Assembly (NCBI GenBank): GCA_015680685.1
Contig: MNCI01000738.1
Coordinates: 276,908-340,907, forward strand
Direction of reading: 5' to 3'
DNA length: 64,000 bases
Source of the DNA: Gnetum montanum
Taxonomy: Eukaryota > Plantae > Gnetophyta
A program made the translations under genes and the position numbers. The notes beneath the pieces were generated by a model, which saw only the letters and a program-made list of their open reading frames with translations, made no database searches and was not told the DNA's origin. Shown piece by piece: positions 11,159 to 23,986 of this stretch (the first letter of the stretch is position 1; the number at the start of each line of letters is the position of its first letter).

Positions 11159-12759
11159 TGTAACGATGGAAAATGTCGGCAGCTGGAATACCAAACAAAA
11201 TCCATGTACACAGTCTTAACCACGGATTCGTGTGAGGGCTGTGCTAGAGAAAACGAATCCGTAGTGTCTTGAATGGTCTTATCGATCAGACAGGGACTTA
11301 CTAAATCAGCAAATCGATGAAGATTGTAGACATTTTGTGAGACGATCTGATTCGATAAATTGTGAAAGGAGAGGAAAATGATGTAAATAAATTGCAATAA
11401 TGACAACGTTAACATGACAAAGGGAATTGGATCTAAGAGCAATGTGTGATTTCAAGATCTATACTTTGACCCGAAGGAAACGAGTATTTTGTATACAAAG
11501 TTACAATGGGAAGATCCCGATTATCTTGTGTGGAAACATACACAAAATAATAAGAAAATTGTTTAACAAGGAGTGCATAATAGAGCTTGTTCTACCTCAA
11601 AAGCCAAAGATGGAGTGCAAGGAAGGTCAAGCTCGGACGCCTATCAACCAACTATGTCTGACCAATAGATCTTGCCAACCTCACCAGGCGATCTCACGAT
11701 CTCTGATCTATCTTCTTCGCTTTGGATAGTCTCTGCTCAAAACTGCCAAGGATCACCAATGGGAGAACTGTATCTTCGCCCAAAAGGGGATGATCGCTCC
11801 TACTGCCAAAATGCTCCAAAAGAAAATGTTTTTTGTTTCTGCTCAAGGATGATAACTGCCAAAAAGTTGAAGATGCTAACTGCTACTCTCTCAAAATGTC
11901 CAGAAGTCCCTTTGCTAAAAAAGTCATCCTTTTTTCTTCGCCAACTGAGGTATTTATAATATGCAGAAAAGGCACAGCCTTGATGACACGTATATCGAAT
12001 TTTCCAAATACCGTTGACTTGACGAACTGGCTATGTGTCGTCACATGGCAACGTACGTTGTCAAAACTTTGGTGAAGTTGCTTCATGATTACGCAAAAAT
12101 ACGCTTATCAGCGTATCGCGCGTATGGATAGCAAATGCGTAACTGCTTTAGCCGACTTTACACTGTATTTCACTTGTTTACGCTGTGTCACGTGGCAAAG
12201 CATAACAAAGCATGGAAATAGTGAGTCTGGCTATTTTATGCTCCTTTACATAGGAAAGCGTAGTGAAGCGTAAAACATGATCAACCCGGTGATAAGTTAC
12301 GCTGGCGTACGCTGTGTAGCGTAACGAGCGTAAGGCGATCAATCTGCAAAAGAAAATGGCCATTCTATCATGCTTCCTTTGGACTTTCCCTTTGACTCTT
12401 TTTGAAGCTCATTACGCTACTTTACGTAACAGAGCATAAACCTGACCCTGGGCAAAAGACTTAGGAGGATATGCGAGAACTCGCATATTACACTGTTCAG
12501 GCCTTAAACTTCACCAAATCTGCTGAAGTAAGTCACCTTCTAATGTCAGACTATGTTAAGAAAAATTACACTAAGTTTCATTACGCTATGTTGCATAATG
12601 TAGCGTAAAAATAGAAACATAGTAAAAATTGGAATTTGCAAGGAAGTTGGAGACTTGATGCCGAGCGCCGTTTCGCCTTGCTTTGCCTTGTTCTACCTTC
12701 CAGAATTCTGTCACGAACTTTTGCCTGAATCGTGAATCTTCACCTGAGGCCGATTCACA
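11159..12759 (-). repeat. 5' LTR of Tat-A (outer boundary approximate)
   Basis: TG at 11159 next to the PBS; minus-strand TATAAATA at 11951-11958; candidate terminus TTCACA at 12759 where CpG content drops. The partner LTR is not in the window. Confidence 0.7.
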
Positions 12760-14240
12760 ATTTTCACGGTGTTTTATATATGGCTCAAAAGAATTACTTT
12801 CACAATAACCTTTTTACTTATAAATACCTTTGTATCTCATCTTTTCCAAATTTGATTGGAATTGGTATAGAAAATGCCATGGCAAGACTTCTTATAAGCA
12901 CAAAACATCACCATCCAAACCTTCTTATTTTGCTAAGATATGTAGGTATCGATATTACTGCTTATCCAAGGCCCATGGTGGACATAATAGATGTTGTATA
13001 TCACTTGCAAGGAATCTTGCAAGCATGTTATATGTTGCAACTTTCATTCTCATTCTTGGATTCTCCTCTAGATCATTTCTCTTTAGGGGTATCATACACC
13101 TTGTCAAAATAAGATTTTGAACCTCCATGTTGTTCTACCATATCTTTTTGATTGCAAGGAAAATTAATATATATCTTCTTGATCATTAAACACTATTTTC
13201 TTTCATCAACTAATTCTCCCACTACATTATCTAATTTTAGTAATATATAATTACATTATCTAATTTTAGGAGTATGAAATTATATTATCTTAATTCTTAA
13301 TGATCTTTATACCCCCATTAAGACATTAACTCTAGCAATATAATTAATTATGTGCCATAGAGATCTTAAGGGTATCTACAAAGCTTATTTTTCCAACAAT
13401 GTATGATAGTTATCCTTATGTTGTCGACTTTTAAGGTATAGTTCATGATATCATCAAATTATCAAGTAACCATATGATAAATCTGACCTCACCATTGTGT
13501 CCAAAGGGTTGAAATCTATAGCAAAAAATTCTTCATTCATAGAAAAAGGCTTTCAAAATCAAAAGTTATGGATTCTAGAGTTTAGAACCTTTTGTCACGA
13601 AAAACAAGATTTTCCAAGGGGTAACCTATCCTAGTTCTACTCCACAGCAAGCATACTTTATTATGAAATTCTTATCCATGTTGCTACCAAGGCATCAAAT
13701 TCTAATTTTGAATATTATTTCTATGTGTTCTTGATTTAAAATAATGGTTTGATAATGGAAATTTTAAATTTTTCATTAGTTGATGGGAATTTCAAATTTT
13801 CCTTTAGTTGATGGAAAATTTAAATCTTTTGTCTATTGACACCAAATTTTTCCATTGTGCAGTAGGCAAGGATGGTGCTAACAATAACCACTATAGTGTG
13901 TGGGTGGAGGCATTCGAAGCAAAGCATGCAACATTGGGAGCAAATCAGCAAGTAGGACGATGGATTCTAGGGGTTAGGATGGGTGTGTTAATGCACAGAC
14001 TATCATTTTCAGCATCAATATGTAGGTGATTGTGGAGGTTGTCATGGAGGAATCATTGCATGGGCATGATTAAGGTTGTAAACAGGTTAACATGGCCTAC
14101 ACATGGGCTATGTGAAGGGCTAGCATGGCTCATATAGCATTTCTATGGCTTGCGTGGCCCATGGTAATGTACTGCATTGCGGGGAAGATTTTGAGCACTA
14201 GAATTGACTATTATTAGTGACATTGGAGGCATTGGAGGTA

Positions 14241-14535
14241 CCCTTTATGAGTAGCATCATTGGTGCCTACGAAGTGCCATGGAAGCCCTTTATGGATTAC
14301 ATCATCTTTGCCCACATAGCACTGAGCCCTTTATGGACAACATTGTCAATGCTCATGGAGTGTTAGGAGAGCCCTTTATGGGTAGTGGCGTTACTGCCTA
14401 TAGAGCACTAGGAAAGCCCTTTATGAGTGGTTCCATCAATTACCATGGAGTGTTGGGGAGTCCTTTATGGATGACATTGTTAATGCCCATGAAGACTTAA
14501 TGGAGCCCATTATGGACAATGATATTGATGCCTGT
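14241..14535. repeat. Decayed ~45-bp minisatellite with core GCCCTTTATGG
   Basis: Cores at 14241, 14286, 14327, 14372, 14417, 14461 and 14506 (spacings 41-45). Confidence 0.85.
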
Positions 14536-16665
14536 CGATGCATGATGATGATATGCACATGGCGATAGTAGAGTGGTAGGATGCAATACATGGTAGTGGT
14601 AGAGAAGAAAGTGGCAGATTTTGAAAGTAGTGCAATCGAGTGGCAAGTAGCAAGTAGTAGGTGGTGGTGAAGCATAGTGTGATAGGGTAACATGTGGCAG
14701 TAGAGGGTAGTAGCCCTTGAAATAAGGGCTGCACTACCTTTACTATCCTACACACCCTACACATTTTTTAAATAAGATTTAAGGCTAAAGGTTAAACTTG
14801 TGACCTCCCACTATTTCTGCCCCCCGCTACCCCCCCTTCCCGACCCCCCACATTTTAAAATTATATATATAGAGTATTTGTTTAATTCATAACATTGGGG
14901 TTTAGGGTCAAACCCACATCCTCCCGCTCAATATAATAATAATAATATAATATTATTTTAATACATGCAAAGTAAGAAACTTTAAACAATGATATCTCTC
15001 AAACTGTAAATCTGATCAAGAAAAAAATTGTACCATTAGAATTATCTCGATGATACTATGCATTAGACATAGTCTTATGGTTCAAAAAAAAAGTTGAATT
15101 TTTAAGATTTTAAAAGATCCAAATAACTTATTCTACCAAAAGGACATGTGCAAGTTGATATATGAAAGAGATGATGACTTATAAATGACTCTAAGTTTAT
15201 TATGATAATGAGTTTAACAAAATAAGATCAATTTAATTCATGGTTACTAATGTTTTGGGAGAAACTTAATAATGGACTTAATTAATTAATATTTATAGTA
15301 TTAAGATGGCTAACAGTTACTTATACCAATGTTTCCTTGTCTTACGAACATCTCTTTCAATTGATGAATCTTGATGAGGCATAATCAGATCTTCATTGGT
15401 TAATCATATCCATGAAAGAACTTTGTTGGTTGGTGGGATCTATGTCTTTTGTAGATATATGATCCATTGATCATAAAATCAATGGAAAGGTATCTTCTAG
15501 CTTACATCATAGACATATGATGCATCTGGTGATGATCAATGGCTTTCCCTATGTTATGGGTTCATGGTTCATCATCAAGTTCATGTTGTAGTTGGCCTAT
15601 GATTCTAAATGGCCCTTGGGTCATGGTTTGCTTTAATACCAATTGTGGCATCCCATCTTCAGATGTATGGAAAACATCAAATATACATTATATTAGACAT
15701 TATGCATAAGAAGACAATATACCAAATGTCAAATATATGTAACATTCAACATTATGCATAAAAAATAATAAATAAAGTATAGAAATAGATAGAAAAGAAT
15801 TCTTTATTGATGTAAAATAGTGTATCCAAATCATGCTCTAAGAGTGTCCCTTGAGTTTTTCTTCCTTTAACATCCATACCTTAGATGTAATCTAGAAATT
15901 CCACCATAGTTAGGCCTACAACTAGCTAGAAGGAATGACTAGTCCACTTCTTGTCCTACTTCACTTGGCTTCTTGTAACTTTCCTATACTAGCTCTGCCA
16001 CTCCATTTTTTGTGTGACCTCTAAGCTTGGGTATAAATGCCTTAGGTTAAATCTCCAAAGATTACCTCAAGAGGCATGTATATTATTACAATGCATCCTT
16101 TCAGGTCTCAATTACAACTACCCTTTCTGGTCTTCTTATGATAACAATAACACTTGTTATTAAGAGGCACCATCATCATTATGTAGTAGCACCATTTGGG
16201 AATGGAGATGTTACAAGAAATGTATGAAAGGTCAATGCATCATTGACTAATTGGTAGACCTCATGATTATATATCTTAAATTATTAAGAAAGAAGAATTT
16301 CCATATGAAAAATATCCATATGCTCTGTATTAATAGAAAAAATGAACACACTTACTTCATCATCTTAGAAAAACATGTATCCACCTAACTCTTAATCCTC
16401 TAATCTATATACTATTCTTTCTCCTTGACTTTGCTCAACCTATCTAGTAGTTTTTTTTATTTACCCTTGTATTTTCTATTATAGGTAGATATGCTCTTGA
16501 CAAGTTATGGTATCTTACCTCCCCTAAATCTTGCTTGGGTTAACATCTTATCCCATACCAAAAACTTACGTCTTTCTATTAGCATGTCATATAACACAAG
16601 CAATAACATAATCACAACTAGTTCATGATGAACTAGGATTTCTCTATATCTCTTATCTAATCTTT

Positions 16666-19170
16666 TGAGGGCCAAGAACTTGGAAGGGGGGTTGAATACG
16701 TTCCTCAATGAAAACAAGTTCTAGCCACCAAATAAAACGCAAAATTTATGTGATTCCCCAACTTGCATAGTCCACACCGAGTAGATTCTTTGCACACCTC
16801 CAAACTTTATTTCTTCTAAAACATGGCTTAAAGCACATAACAACCTTTACAAGATTTGACCTCTGCTATGGAGAGTTTCATCACAATGAAATCTCTCGAC
16901 CTTGCAAGGTTTCAAAAATCTCAAAATGTGATTTGAAAGGCACCACACCCTATATAAGATCTAAGCTTCACTTCAAAATTTTTCTTAACTATGAAACCAC
17001 TAAATCCCACAAGGTCCCAACAAGCTTATAATGTGGTTTCAAGGATCCCACAACCTTTACAAAATTAAGCTTCACTCCCAAGTGTTTTGACTCTGAAAAA
17101 CCACTCAATCCTATAGGATCTCAACAAGCTCAATACAAATGTCTTCTTGTAAGAAGCACATCAACCCCATAGGGAAACAATAAAAAATGTAAAAAGCAAG
17201 GAAAGAATGTAACTACAATTATAAGACATTGCTGTTGAGGCTCAATTCAACATATAACCAAGAAATGATGTGATAATGTAGGAAAAGTGTACAAAAGAAT
17301 AGATATGATAATGATTTCTTTGATGTTGATAACACTTGCAAAATTCCCAATATTTTAGAGTCTACTTATAGCCTCGTAGTTTCTAAAAATACCTCAAAAT
17401 TCATACAATGGCTATTCAATAGCTAGTATAAATGTCTCCATTGAGATTGGAACATCTTTTTGTATTTAGCTTCAACTTTGGGGAGACGTCTCCTTCATGA
17501 ATGAGATGTCTCTAGGGAGATGTCTTTTAAAAGGATATGTCTCCTATTTTAGGGATATGTCTTCTTCTGAATGCACTCCTCTTAGTAAGACATCTTCTAT
17601 TTCTTAGAGACAACTTCTCAACTTTTGAGCTCTAGTTTTTAAGGCTTTCTCTCATTGATTTTATTTCTTCCTAATCCTTAGAGCATCTTCATTTATCTTG
17701 TAGTTTTCATACATGTTCATGATCTCATCTTTCCTATGTATTCTTCATAACAACATCTCTACATAGATCTTACGACATCTCAACATAGACCTTGTTTTCA
17801 AAGTCAACTCTTGTTCTGAAGTCCTTGCTCATTTATGATCCTACTAGACTACAAACACATTTCAATATTGTCCATTTTTCTCAAGATTTTGACATACCAA
17901 AAGGTCAAAAATGTCCCCCCTTTTTGTGATGTCTAAAACTTAAGAAAATGGTTTAGTATATCCCAAAGAAATATAGTGTAGAGATATTTAAAAGTTAAAT
18001 GGTACAAATGTATATATAGATATAGCAAAGTATAATCCATTCAAAAATATATAAACTTATCATGATTTACATTTTGATTCTAACTAAATATAAACTAAAT
18101 ATTCTACCCTCTCCTCCTTTTTGGATAGCATCCAAAAAAAGGTGGGAATAATGAGAAGGACCAATCATAATTATTAATAAAGTTCCATCATTGCTGCATA
18201 ACATCATATGATGTTTCCATAGAAATATAAAAATTTAGATAAGGAAGAAAACTTGATCAATATTAGTTAAATATTCCATAGGGATGATTAAGAAAAAAAC
18301 TCATTAAGAGCTTCCCCTTATCTATTCACAGACCATGTTAGGAGTAGATAATCAATGAAGTGAATCCAAGCATAACTAATCCAATCTATTCAATTGATAT
18401 TTAAGAATATTTAAAACTAAAGATTGAACTCCAAATTCTAAGCACTGAAGATCAAGTAACCTATATCTAAATAAATAATTCATTAGTAACAAATAAACCA
18501 ATATCTCATGATTCTATAATCACCCAATACTCTACTCCTTTTGAAACATCAACAAAAAGATAAGGAATAGTGATTTCATGATAGGTGAGTAAAAACATGC
18601 ATATTCAACTTTTAAGACAAATAAACACATATTATCATGCTAAATATATTAAAATATAAAACACAACCATTCATATTTTTGACCAAAATTAATTCATAAA
18701 CTAATATATGATAATAATGTTAAGACAAAAAATAGCATATATATATACCTCATTTCTTAAAAAAAGAGATCATGAACACCTTTTCTAGTTCCAATATACC
18801 ATTATGAGTACTTGAGATCTCTAAGATGAGTACTTCTCAACTCATATTTGCAATAAGTGCCTTAGGTATTTAAAATGATACATTCTCAATAGACAAAAGG
18901 TCAGACATGAACCATTAAATCCTTAACATAGTGCTCAAAATTAAGTTTATATAACATATAAAGTTCAAAATTCTTCAACAATGACGATCATATTTTGGTA
19001 AGAAATTTAAATAAATTTCCTCTTTTACTTGCAAAACTTTACCAAATGAATATGCTCTTCCTTGCTTTCTTTTTCGATATAGGTGCTAGAGATTTGAAGC
19101 TTGTAGTTATGATATCATATCTTTGAGAGAATCACTCAAGACTCCCCCTACACTGATGCTCCCCTTACAT
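16666..19170 (-). mobile_element. SIRE/Maximus-like Ty1/Copia 3' fragment: 3' LTR (~16666-17909) plus multiple-PPT region
   Basis: GGGGGGTTGAATA U5 signature near 16686; palindromic GGAGACGTCTCC-type repeats at 17481-17620; TCCCCCCTTTTTGTGATG PPT at ~17914, with further PPT-like copies at ~18111, ~18533 and ~19142. Confidence 0.7.
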
Positions 19171-20040
19171 ATATGACCCATCTTTTGAAACATCTATTGT
19201 AATTCATGCATTGGAATCTACACTAGATGTCTTGAAGACAAAATAGATTGCTTGTATGTAGTTTAGATGACCAACTATCAAAGTAGACATCTATCCTACC
19301 AAGGCCAAAAATAAAGATGCTTTTTTTGAGGTTTGGAACCTCTGAACACCTCTAAACAAGTTCCCATAGCCCCTAGAACCTTCTAGACTTGTCATAATAA
19401 GTCTAAAACACCATCAAACATGGTGATTTTAAATTACTATAGATAGTTCAAGTTCTAAGCTTTTACTATCATGTCAAGGATGGTGTCACCTATCTTAATA
19501 AATAACAAATCCATTTACTTAGTGATTATTAAATTTTACTAGTAAATGAGAAAATATTACCTTTTTATTATTGGGTAAACATTACCAAGTTCTTTAGAAG
19601 CTAATGCCACCATCCCTTTACTTAAGGTTTACATGACAAAGATAGTCTTAAAAGTCTAACTTGACTGAACAAATTAAAAATAAAAGTAAAAGTGTTACCA
19701 TGTCATGGTACTATAAATGTTTTAATTATTTATTCCTTCTTCTATTACAAGACTTCTCTTTCTTACTCTTCTATTCTTTCTAGCCTCTTTGCATTCTTAA
19801 ATTTAAAAGAATTTTTCATGACTAATTATTCATGATTTTAATTAAAATATTATTTTTTATAGTTTGAAACGTTTTATTTATAAAACATTTATATAGATTA
19901 TATGATTTGTATTAACTTTTATTAAATAGATTAGAACCCTTTGTTTACTAGGTTTTGGTTATTTTTTTTCAAATAGTCTCATATTGATTACTAAAATATT
20001 ATATAATCATCTTTCATATATGTAATTTCTTTATAGTTTA

Positions 20041-20087
20041 AACTCCACCAATATTAGTCCCAGGCCCATATATGTAAGGAGGAGGAT
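20041..20087 (+). ncRNA. Degenerate twister-ribozyme remnant at the RTE 5' end
   Basis: AACTCCACCAATATTAGTCCCAGGCCCATATATGTAAGGAGGAGG aligns with the plant twister pattern AACTCCGCC-AAT-GCCGGTCCCAAGCCCGG-ATAAA-GGAGGAGGG. Probably inactive. Confidence 0.6.
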
Positions 20088-22460
20088 TGGTATTAGGTTG
20101 GAAGCTAGTTGTAAAACCATGCTAAATCCCATGGATGAATTTTTTTCTAGATTTTGTATATGCTATGGAATTTCTTTGATGTAATGTGATGCATTTAAGG
20201 GCTTAATTACTATGGAAAATATATAAGATCTTACTAGGAAATCCTCCAAAAATTATGTTTAACATCATTACCTAGATGTTGTGGAAAGCAGATAAGATTT
20301 TCCACATTAAGAATGAATATGGGTAAAGAAGTAGTTCTATTGGAAAAAAATTTTAATGGAAACCTAAAACATTAATACTCTCAACAAAAAATTCTTTGAA
20401 GTTATCAGCACCATGAAAAGATGAAGAATCAAAATTTCTTGCCACCAAGAAATAAGAGGGAAAAGAGAAAAACTACAAATTTAGGCAAGGGTTAGAAACT
20501 TTTCTACTTAGGAAAAAAATCATCAAAATGATGGGGGCATCATCGTTGAACAATCTATCAAATTTAAAGTGATACAAGTATACTAGTAGAATATTGAACT
20601 ATCAACATCAAACTTATGCTTGAAAATGAGATCATTAACATCATTAATATTTATGCTTCATAAATTGGCCAAGAAAACATTATCAAACAAGATTTTTCGG
20701 ATTCTACAAATCTAGTGCTTCAGAAATTTTTCAGAAAGAAATCATATTTATTAGAGGGGATTTTAATGACTATGTTGAATCTATAAAAATAGGATATGAT
20801 AAGATTAATAAAGGACATGGATTTAGAGAACATCATGATATGAAAGATTTACTATTGTAATTTGTAAATCCTTATGACATTGCAATTGGAAATGTTCATT
20901 TTCATAAGAGGGCAGAACATTTAATCACATATAAGAATGATATGGATTTAAAAATTGATTATTTTTTATTGCACAAAAGAGACTAGAAAATGTGCAAAGG
21001 CTATAAGGTTATACCTAGAGAGTATCTTATAGCTCAATATCGACTAATGGTCATGGTCTTATCTATACAAAACTTCAAATATAGCATAAGAAAAGGGACT
21101 AAATAAATAAAATGGTGAAATTTGAAGGAAGAAAATATAATCTTATTTAGAGAAAAATTTCTTTAAGAAGATACCTAAAATTGATATTTTTCTATAATAT
21201 AATTTGAGACCAAATGAAAAATTGCATTTGGAAAATTGAAAGAACATTTTAAGTGAAAAAAAAAGGAAAAATACATCCCAAAGGAGAAATGATGGTGGAG
21301 TGATGAAGTACAACATACTATCCAAAATAAGAAAAAATGCTTAAAGGAATGATAGTAAAGTGGAAACTAAGAAAATAAGTTGTTATATAAAGTGGTAAAA
21401 AATGAGGTCATAGTAGTAGTTATTAAATCCAAACATAAGGTCTTAGACTACGTTTTTGAGAAATTAGGAACAAAGGAAGGAGAAAAATCTATTTATAAAT
21501 TTGTAAAATCAGAAATGAGAAATGTATGAACATTGATAATGTCAAATGCATTGATAAGATAAATGGAAGAAATTTTGTAAAAGATAATGATAATTTGGAT
21601 AGGTGAAAATTTATTTTTAAAAATTATTAAATAAATAATTTCCAAGAGAAGACATCCAAGAAAAATAATTAAATTTTGGTTTTATTAATGAAATTTTCTT
21701 CTTTGAGGTAAAGAAAACTTTATTAAAGATGAAAAAATAAAAAGGTTGTTAGACTAGATAACATTTCTATAGAAGCTTAGAAAGCAGTCAAAGATACTAA
21801 AATTTCTTGGCTAATAAAATTATTTAACAAATTATTGAAGGATGTATAGATGCCCAGCAATTACAGTAAAAACATTATTATTACCATCTACAAAAACAAA
21901 GGAGATGTGCAAAACTATGCAAACTATAGATAAATCAAGCTAATGAGCTATACTATGAAGCTTTAGGAGATAGTTAGAGAATATTATCCTAGACTTAAAT
22001 CAATAGTATTAGAAAATCAATTTGAATCTATGCCATAGAAAGATACTAGTCACAATAGGTCTACATTAAGACTATACACTTAGCTTGTACTTCTTTATAG
22101 TATTATGGATGAATTAATAAAAGAAATACAAGATGAATTCCCTTAGTGTATATTATTTGCAGATGATATTGTATTGGTGGATAATACTCCATAAAATGTT
22201 ACTTCTAAAATGAAGAAATGAAAACATATTCTAGAATCAAAAGGCTAAAAAAAATAGTAGAAGTAAAGTAGAATATATGAAATGAAATTTCAATAATATC
22301 ATAAATAGTGATGGAATATAAGTGGTAATTGAAGGTGAAAAAGTCCCTTACTATAAAAAATTCCTCTACCTAGGAATAATCCTCTAATTAGATGGTGAAA
22401 TTGATAAATATATAAAAATAGAATTGAGATATGATGGTCAAAATACTAAAGAATGATAAC
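20041..22460 (+). mobile_element. RTE-clade non-LTR retrotransposon, heavily decayed (AP endonuclease + RT)
   Basis: Relics of IINIISAYAPQ, IGGDFNGHV, IDYFL, KVIPGE..QHRL, GPDNIPIE, IYKNKGDVQN.ANYR.IKLMS.TMKL, ENQF..MP, LFADDIVLV, LESKG and F.YLG. Confidence 0.9.
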
Positions 22461-22483
22461 AGCATATACAACTTCAACAATAT

Positions 22484-23405
22484 TAATGAGTTTCAGTCTT
22501 TTGCATCAACTAGGCCCTGTCGATGCAACCTGTTGTGTCAACTAGGTCCCATGGACTAGGCCCTATCAATGAGGCCCCGTTGATGTAGTCTATTATGTTG
22601 ACATGGCCCCATCAATGCATGGGTCTATCCTAGTCTATTAATACATGCTCACAAGCTACATTTATGGCATCAATTATCAGAGTAGTAGCGAAGCTTTTGT
22701 AGTTTGTCTATTTGAAAGTTAAAATATTTTTCCTAATTGTTTGCACCAGGAGTCATTGAGTGTATGAATCTTTATTCAAGCACAATAGTGTGTGTGGCAA
22801 TGAAGATGAACTTCTTGAAAAACCTTACAACATTTTGGATAGCTTAAATGTTTCATTTATGCATTTAATGTTTTCAATTATTTATACAATGTGTTCTTGT
22901 AATTAAGCTAATAAAGTAATTAAGCAAGATAAGCTAGATAGATTAAATACATAAGTAGGAACACTTTGAGTGTAACACATATTCACTTGGTAATCCCAAC
23001 AATGTTATTGCATGGTATGCTTGGTCATGTAGCGGTTGGTAACCTAGCAGTGGATACATGGGTTCAGGGCATGTGCAAAAAGTGGGACTAGATGCTTATG
23101 TTAGAATTTCTTAGATACTAGTTATTTAGTTAAATTAAATTAGTTAATCCAATTACTTTTATCTTCCTTTAAATACTAAAATCATAAAATAAAAAATGAT
23201 AAATATTAGATGCCTCAATTACACTTAACCATACTGGTATATGTTACAAGTGTAATTGGGAAGACAACAAATGATCTTAAGGCAAGGTTCACTTCCTAAA
23301 AGACTGTTGTTCTAGAAACTATAAATTTCATGGAATTTTACTAGATCACACATAAACACTTTGTGATTCTTATGGTTGGGTGTAGGGGTACCTCACCACT
23401 CATCA
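22484..23405 (+). repeat. 5' LTR of Athila-1
   Basis: T(A)ATGA...TCATCA; colinear with 34862-35764. Confidence 0.92.
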
Positions 23406-23406
23406 T

Positions 23407-23424
23407 TGTTGCCTTTGCCAAGGA
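23407..23424 (+). other. Decayed tRNA-Asp PBS
   Basis: TGTTGCCTTTGCCAAGGA versus the Athila consensus TGGCGCCGTTGCCGGGGA, directly after the LTR. Confidence 0.7.
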
Positions 23425-23986
23425 CTTTGTTTGTTGAATGTGTGCTATCTAGGATTAGTGAATACTATCAATATCATTGGATGAACTCAAGGTCAACATC
23501 ACTCTCAAATGACATCTAATTTTATTTGTTTTGCAAAATTTCTTCTTCTCACAGGCATGAAAATGTCAAACTACTAGTCCCACATGAGTGCAAAGTAGTA
23601 TATACTCATCTAGATGAGTATATATTGGACTTCACCTTTATCTTACATCAACATGAATAACTATGATGCCATGATATGGAGGGCAACATCATCTGACCTC
23701 CTGATTGATTTGTACCAAGGATGCTATTTCAAACTCTTAAGAAGTTGGGAATTCTAGATTTTCATGAGGAATACGTTGTGAATGATTATGACTCTCAGGA
23801 CTACAATCCCACTAAAACACAATGTAAGTGATATCAACATCAAAAGAAGCATCATGAGGCTATGAAGAAAAAAATTTCACTAATCCCCTATTCCTACTAG
23901 ATTAAGATAACAATGAGGATCCTCCCTTTGAAGATTCTCAACATGAAGATTCTCCACACCTTGTTGTTGGTAATGAGCATGCGACC

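Larger units (their letters stand above)
1..12759 (-). mobile_element. Ty3/Gypsy Tat-lineage LTR retrotransposon 'Tat-A' (5' part; integrase and 3' LTR lie outside the window)
   Basis: Minus-strand order LTR (11159-~12759), PBS, gag with CHHC knuckle, protease, then RT, RNase H and additional archaeal-type RNase H. More GC/CpG-rich than the flanking DNA. Confidence 0.92.

Noticed and set aside
12732-16650. Short ORFs and coding-like patches between Tat-A and the SIRE-like LTR
   Set aside because: No motif I could assign; probably decayed TE sequence.
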